10,092 bases of DNA from positions 1 to 10,092 of the forward strand of contig CAZMIT010000050.1 of NCBI GenBank assembly GCA_964566495.1, written 5' to 3'. Within the stretch, counting starts at the first letter, position 1. Every line of letters begins with the position of its first letter. This document shows, piece after piece, positions 5,568 through 10,092 of this stretch. Position numbers and translations under genes: made by a program. Under the pieces are notes generated by a model. The model did no database searches, had not been told where the DNA came from, and saw only the letters and a list, made by a program, of their open reading frames with translations. Origin of the DNA: an uncultured bacterium (GTDB taxonomy: Bacteria; T1Sed10-126).

Positions 5568-7190
5568 TCAACGGTTACTATTCAGGTTTAAATACTTCAG
5601 ACTCCTCTCCATAACTCGCTTAAAGGCCGGGCCTGCCACTTCACCGCCGTAGCGACCTTTTTGAGGCTCGTTGGCGATTATATTAACAGCGAGCGCCGGC
5701 TTTTCTACCGGACCGAAACCAATGAACGAGGCCATAACTTTGTCTTCGTGGTACCCCCCTTCTTCGAGGTCAGCTTTCTGCGCCGTGCCGGTTTTACCGG
5801 CCAGCTTGAAATCATTTGAGGCGGCCGCCCGGCCGGTACCTCTGCTAACAACCCCACGCATATATTTGCGCAGTTCAGCGGCCGTTTCAGCCTCTAAAAC
5901 CCGTCGGACCTCGGTCACCTCGCTGACCTCATTTTCTTCCCCAGACACTTCCTTTGCCTTCATAATTCGCGGTTTAATGAGCTTCCCCCCGTTAACAGCG
6001 GCTGACAACGCAGTCACTTCCTGGAGTGCTGTTGCCGAAACTCCCTGGCCGATCGCCACGCTTGGCTGGGTAATTGCAGACCAGCGGGCCGGGCGCCGCA
6101 AAGTGCCACGAGCCTCTCCCGGTAATTCAATCCCTGTCCGATTGCCAAAGCCGAAGCGCCGCAGATGCCGGTAAAAATCCTCGCGGTCCATCTGTTCAAT
6201 AGCTTTAGCTGTGCCGACGTTACAACTTTTAATTAAAATCTCAGGAAGATCGATATCGCCGTGTTTGGCGTAGCAGCGCAGCGTATAATCAGCGTTCGAA
6301 AAATGTTGATGTCCCGGACAATTAAAGGTTGAATCAGAATCAACGTCGCCGGCCGCCATAGCACTACCAATAGTCATCACTTTAAAGGTTGAACCCGGTT
6401 CGACAGGATCGGCTATCGCCCGATTACGCCATAATTCTTCCGGTTTTTTTTCATATTGGTTAGGATCAAACCCGGGCACGTTGGCCATCGCCAGAACTTC
6501 GCCGGTATTAGGTTCCATAACCACTCCCATGGCACTTTTAGACTGGCTAGCCCGCACCATACGTCGAAGCTCTTCCTCCAGATAATGTTGTATGGTCTGA
6601 TCGATAGTCAGAACAAGATTTAGGTCCTGAAACTCCTTATCGCCCCCGGACAAAAAATCGTCGAATTGACGCTCGACGCCTTCCAGACCATAGTTGTCCA
6701 GCCCGACAAATCCTAAAACATGGGCAGCAAGCTCTTCATTTGGATAAATACGCTCATATTCGGGGACAAGACCAAGACCGGGGACATCAAGTTCACCCAT
6801 TTTTTGGGCACGACGATCGTCTAATTTTCGTTCCAGCCAGACAAAGTATCTATCCTGCTGTAGTCGTGTATAAATTTCGGGAGCCGAAAGCTCAATAAGT
6901 GGCTCCAGCAGCCGAGCGATCTCCCAGCTACTGCTGATCATTCGAGGGTTGGCATAAAGAGAATATCTCTGGGTGCTTATCGCCAGGGTATTCCTTTCCC
7001 GGTCAACTATGCTCCCCCGTGGGGCGTCCAGTTCACGCTCTTCTGTGCTCATCTCTCCCCACTCGGGAGAATACCAGGGTTTTATCAACATAATGTGTAT
7101 TGAAATTAGGAAAATTAGCCCAAAAAGGAGAGAAAAAATAACCAATAAAATCAAAGACCGCCTGGTTATCTTTGCTCGCAGTCCAGCCAT
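5568..7190 (-). CDS. Class B penicillin-binding protein (FtsI/SpoVD-like D,D-transpeptidase), ~540 aa, no PASTA domains
   Basis: N-terminal TM segment, PRGSIVDR, RIYP, GLEGVE, LTID, EPGSTFK (SxxK), KSCNVG (SxN) and GKTGTAQK (KTG). Start moved to ATG 7190 (MAGLRAK...), 4 bp after the lepB stop, because the ORF-track start overlaps lepB by about 150 bp. Confidence 0.93.
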   Translation of the reverse strand: MAGLRAKITRRSLILLVIFSLLFGLIFLISIHIMLIKPWYSPEWGEMSTEERELDAPRGSIVDRERNTLAISTQRYSLYANPRMISSSWEIARLLEPLIELSAPEIYTRLQQDRYFVWLERKLDDRRAQKMGELDVPGLGLVPEYERIYPNEELAAHVLGFVGLDNYGLEGVERQFDDFLSGGDKEFQDLNLVLTIDQTIQHYLEEELRRMVRASQSKSAMGVVMEPNTGEVLAMANVPGFDPNQYEKKPEELWRNRAIADPVEPGSTFKVMTIGSAMAAGDVDSDSTFNCPGHQHFSNADYTLRCYAKHGDIDLPEILIKSCNVGTAKAIEQMDREDFYRHLRRFGFGNRTGIELPGEARGTLRRPARWSAITQPSVAIGQGVSATALQEVTALSAAVNGGKLIKPRIMKAKEVSGEENEVSEVTEVRRVLEAETAAELRKYMRGVVSRGTGRAAASNDFKLAGKTGTAQKADLEEGGYHEDKVMASFIGFGPVEKPALAVNIIANEPQKGRYGGEVAGPAFKRVMERSLKYLNLNSNR

Positions 7191-7194
7191 TGTC

Positions 7195-8253
7195 TCAGCC
7201 CACCAGGCCGACGCGTCCGAGCGGCCAGTATATAAAAAAGGCGCGCCCGAGCAACTTGCTCTGGGGCACAAATCCCCAATAGCGAGAGTCCTCGCTGTGC
7301 CCGCGATTGTCCCCGAGAACAAAATAAAGCGGTTCCTCAATCTCAATTTCCTGAAGCGGTTGACCGGCGAGATAAATCACACCGTCCCGCTTGACAACAT
7401 CATCTGGATGCAGCTGTTTTAAATAAGAGATATAGAACTGTTGCTCATAATCAGGAAGATCGGTCAAATCAACCCGCTCGCCCACCTCCGGGACATGAAT
7501 TGGTCCAAAGTCGGCCGGCAGGCCCGAGCGATTTGAGTTATCCCAGCTGCGTGCGGCCACCTTTATTTCATGGTTATTAGCCTCTTGATACAGCCCCATC
7601 ACGTCCCCGTGAAGATTCAAGGGGGTCTCGGCGTTCTGCTCGCCGAGGACCAGCCGATTGTTCACTTGCAGATTATCGGCGGCGAAGCGCAGGGTGTCGT
7701 CTCCCGCTTCCCGAAGTTGGTTAGCCTCATAACCATGCAGAAAAATTTCGCCACCAACCCGCTGACGAACAACAGTATCTCCGTCAAGAAACAGATTATG
7801 TTCGCGCAACTCAACTTTGTCACCGGGAAGTGCAATTAACCGTTTTACAAAATCCTTATCCGGCGAGGGAGGATACTCGAATACAATCGTTTCCCAGCGG
7901 CGAGGCGACCGAAGGTAATAGATAAACTTATTCACAAAAATATGATCGTTGATTTGCAGAGTATTTTCCATAGAACGTGAAGGAATATAAAAAGCCTGTA
8001 CCACATATGGACGAATGACTCCAAAGACCAGAATGGCAGCGATAAGAGCGATGCGAAGTAGCTCCCGACCGGCCTTAGAAATTCCCAGACCAAGCAACAA
8101 TACACCGGCCAGGACCCAGGCCAGCGGCAGTTCCCCCTGAACGACAACAACCGCTGAAAATAGCAAATATAGCCCAACCAGCTCCGCCCATTCACGAAAA
8201 TCACTTTTTGCTTCAGGGGGTAGAAACAACCAGTTTAAAAAATCTTTTAGCAC
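7195..8253 (-). CDS. lepB: Signal peptidase I
   Basis: QAFYIPSRSMENTL (catalytic Ser box), DFVKRLIALPGD (catalytic Lys box) and GDNRGHSEDSRYWG (box E). About three N-terminal hydrophobic segments. GTG start with AGGTG upstream. Confidence 0.95.
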   Translation of the reverse strand: MLKDFLNWLFLPPEAKSDFREWAELVGLYLLFSAVVVVQGELPLAWVLAGVLLLGLGISKAGRELLRIALIAAILVFGVIRPYVVQAFYIPSRSMENTLQINDHIFVNKFIYYLRSPRRWETIVFEYPPSPDKDFVKRLIALPGDKVELREHNLFLDGDTVVRQRVGGEIFLHGYEANQLREAGDDTLRFAADNLQVNNRLVLGEQNAETPLNLHGDVMGLYQEANNHEIKVAARSWDNSNRSGLPADFGPIHVPEVGERVDLTDLPDYEQQFYISYLKQLHPDDVVKRDGVIYLAGQPLQEIEIEEPLYFVLGDNRGHSEDSRYWGFVPQSKLLGRAFFIYWPLGRVGLVG

Positions 8254-8311
8254 TGAACATCACCTAATTTATAGTTGAAAGGGGGTATCGTGTTATCTAA
8301 TTTTCGCCAGC

Positions 8312-10092
8312 CTAAAAATTCATGTTAACGGGAGCTATCCAGTCTGGCAGAGGCTCGGGGGGGATGTCCTCCCAGAACCTGTTCAGGTTACTATTCAACA
8401 GCTCCTCTTGTTCCCCCACTTCTTCAGCCCGCTCAGCTCCCTGGAAGAAATTAACCACAGCCGCCTCTTCCTCGCCCTGTAACTCGCGAATCAAGCCACG
8501 CTGATTAAACAGAGTCGGTTCTTCGAATCCAGCGTCCTCCGCCCGATCAAGGTATTCGTCCGCCTGATCCAGCATCTCAGCCCCCAAGTATGACGAAGCA
8601 ATATTATACAATAACTCCGGACTATCTTCGAGGACATCCGGATGCTCGCGCAGTTCTTCGAACTCATCCAGGGCGAGCAAATACAGCTCGGCCTCGTAAT
8701 AAGCGCGACTTAAATTTTTGATAAACTCGAGGCGCTCCAGTCCATATTCACGGGCCAGCTCCAGATGAGCGACAGCGTGTGAAGGCGAGTCCAATTCAAA
8801 CAGATAAATTTCACCGACTATACGTTCGATTTCCGGTTCCCGGGGCTGAATTTCCCGCGCCCTTTCAGCCAGAGGTATCGCCCGACCCGCCTGATTTTGA
8901 GCCCGAAAGCTAAACTCAGCAAGCGTCCACCAGCCCAGCGAATCAAGCGGATAAAGGCTCCGATAAGCGTAGAATCGGTCATCGCCAATCAGATAGGGCC
9001 GAACAGAGGGCCAGCGGCGCTCAATGGTTAAATGACGCACCAGAACTTCCAGCGCTCGCGGATGATAGGGAGTATCGACCAGGGCTGTCTCATACATACG
9101 AATCGCGGCGTCCTCGTTTTCCAGCTCGAACCAGGCGTCTCCCCGGTAGACATAATCGTCGGCCAGCAGCTGATCAAAACGGTTCCAGCTGCGTCTCTCC
9201 TCGATTGGTACGGCGGCATCAAGCCGATTGAAAAGACGGGCTGAAGCAGTAGCGGCGCGACTGTAATCTTCATCCGCCAGGGCAATATCACGCTCCAGAC
9301 GGTCAATTGATGCGTCTCCCCAGCGATGGGTCCCCGCATACTCAAAATCAGCCATAGCCTCCCTCAAATTTCCCAGCTCTAAGTTAGCACGAGTAGTAAA
9401 GATAAAACCTGCCCCCTGGACCTGAGGGTCGAGCTGTAGTTCCTCCCCCAGTTCTAAAAGTTCTTCCCAGTTGCCCTCCCTAAGTAAATATTCAGCGTAA
9501 ATTTTTCTGGTATAAGGACCGACCGGGTTACCAAAATATTCATCGTAATTATCTGTAAAACGGTCGAGTTGATCATCCTGCAGCAACGTCCGTAAATAAT
9601 CAGCGGCAAACTTATCGGGTTCGCTGATCAGGGCTCCATCACCCAGGTAACCGAGACGGAAGAAAAACTCAGCGCGATGATAGTTTTCAGCTTCCGCCGC
9701 CGACTGAATCTGGCGGGTCAGTAGCACTTCGATGCCCGGCAAAACAAGGTAAATAATTAACAGGTAGGTAGCCAGCAGAGCAAGCAACCCCCAACCGCTC
9801 TTCTTAATCCAGCCGGGCACCTCAAACTCTTCGGGTTCAGGTAATTCATCCGGAGAGAGATAATCCCCCGGGAGCTCTTCCTCCGGTTCCTCGGCCTCTT
9901 CTTCCGCTTCTTCCTCTTCTTTCTCCGCTTTTACCCGATCTACCTCCCGCTCCAGCACCTCTTTTATTGAGGTCTCTTCTCCCTCGGGCTCGGCCTCTGC
10001 TTCCTCTTCCTCCTCTGTTTTTCCTTCGACCTCAGCTTCTTCCAGCTCCTCGTCATCTGCAGTTTCTTCCTGGCTTTCCTCGGTCGCTTCCT
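8312..10092 (-). CDS. Membrane-anchored TPR-like protein with Glu-rich N-terminal region (5' end outside the window)
   Basis: The frame stays open from GTG 9958 to the window edge (reads EATEESQEETADDEELEEAEVEGKTEEEEEAEAEPEGEETSIKEV...). One TM segment (WGLLALLATYLLIIYLVLP) is followed by TPR-like helices (YVYRGDAWF...AAIRMYETAL; LLYNIASSYL...QADEYLDRA; LFNQRGLIRE). Confidence 0.85.
   Translation of the reverse strand, partial: EATEESQEETADDEELEEAEVEGKTEEEEEAEAEPEGEETSIKEVLEREVDRVKAEKEEEEAEEEAEEPEEELPGDYLSPDELPEPEEFEVPGWIKKSGWGLLALLATYLLIIYLVLPGIEVLLTRQIQSAAEAENYHRAEFFFRLGYLGDGALISEPDKFAADYLRTLLQDDQLDRFTDNYDEYFGNPVGPYTRKIYAEYLLREGNWEELLELGEELQLDPQVQGAGFIFTTRANLELGNLREAMADFEYAGTHRWGDASIDRLERDIALADEDYSRAATASARLFNRLDAAVPIEERRSWNRFDQLLADDYVYRGDAWFELENEDAAIRMYETALVDTPYHPRALEVLVRHLTIERRWPSVRPYLIGDDRFYAYRSLYPLDSLGWWTLAEFSFRAQNQAGRAIPLAERAREIQPREPEIERIVGEIYLFELDSPSHAVAHLELAREYGLERLEFIKNLSRAYYEAELYLLALDEFEELREHPDVLEDSPELLYNIASSYLGAEMLDQADEYLDRAEDAGFEEPTLFNQRGLIRELQGEEEAAVVNFFQGAERAEEVGEQEELLNSNLNRFWEDIPPEPLPDWIAPVNMNF

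Noticed and set aside
7191..7346. 52-residue N-terminal extension of the PBP in the ORF track
   Set aside because: It overlaps the conserved lepB C-terminus. ATG 7190 gives a typical short basic tail plus TM segment.
5671..9345. ORFs 5671-6174, 6014-6199, 6973-7422, 7570-7839, 7932-8204, 8322-8504, 9028-9345 and 9032-9244
   Set aside because: Contained within the PBP, lepB or TPR genes, with no independent coding evidence.

Overview
Bacterial chromosomal window (roughly 50% GC, noticeably acidic proteins). All credible genes lie on the minus strand. In transcription order (right to left): a 5'-truncated membrane-anchored TPR-like protein with a long Glu-rich N-terminus, signal peptidase I (lepB) with a large insertion, a class B penicillin-binding protein (FtsI/SpoVD-like) outside any dcw cluster, fliS, a FliT-like helical protein, a minimal lysine-free flagellin, an HU-family protein, gap and pgk. 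The gene content is mostly housekeeping. The less ordinary signals are: (i) a small fliS-fliT-flagellin module lacking fliD, with sigma70-like rather than sigma28-like promoters, CsrA-type GGA motifs and a periodic ATAAC array upstream; (ii) a ~205 bp non-coding element with terminal inverted repeats (MITE or IS remnant) right after the flagellin; (iii) several copies of a GTCATT...AATCCA (CGTC-tag type) palindromic repeat, including a nested composite element upstream of fliS. The sequence alone does not establish a clearly new system; all assignments are by eye, with no database searches.
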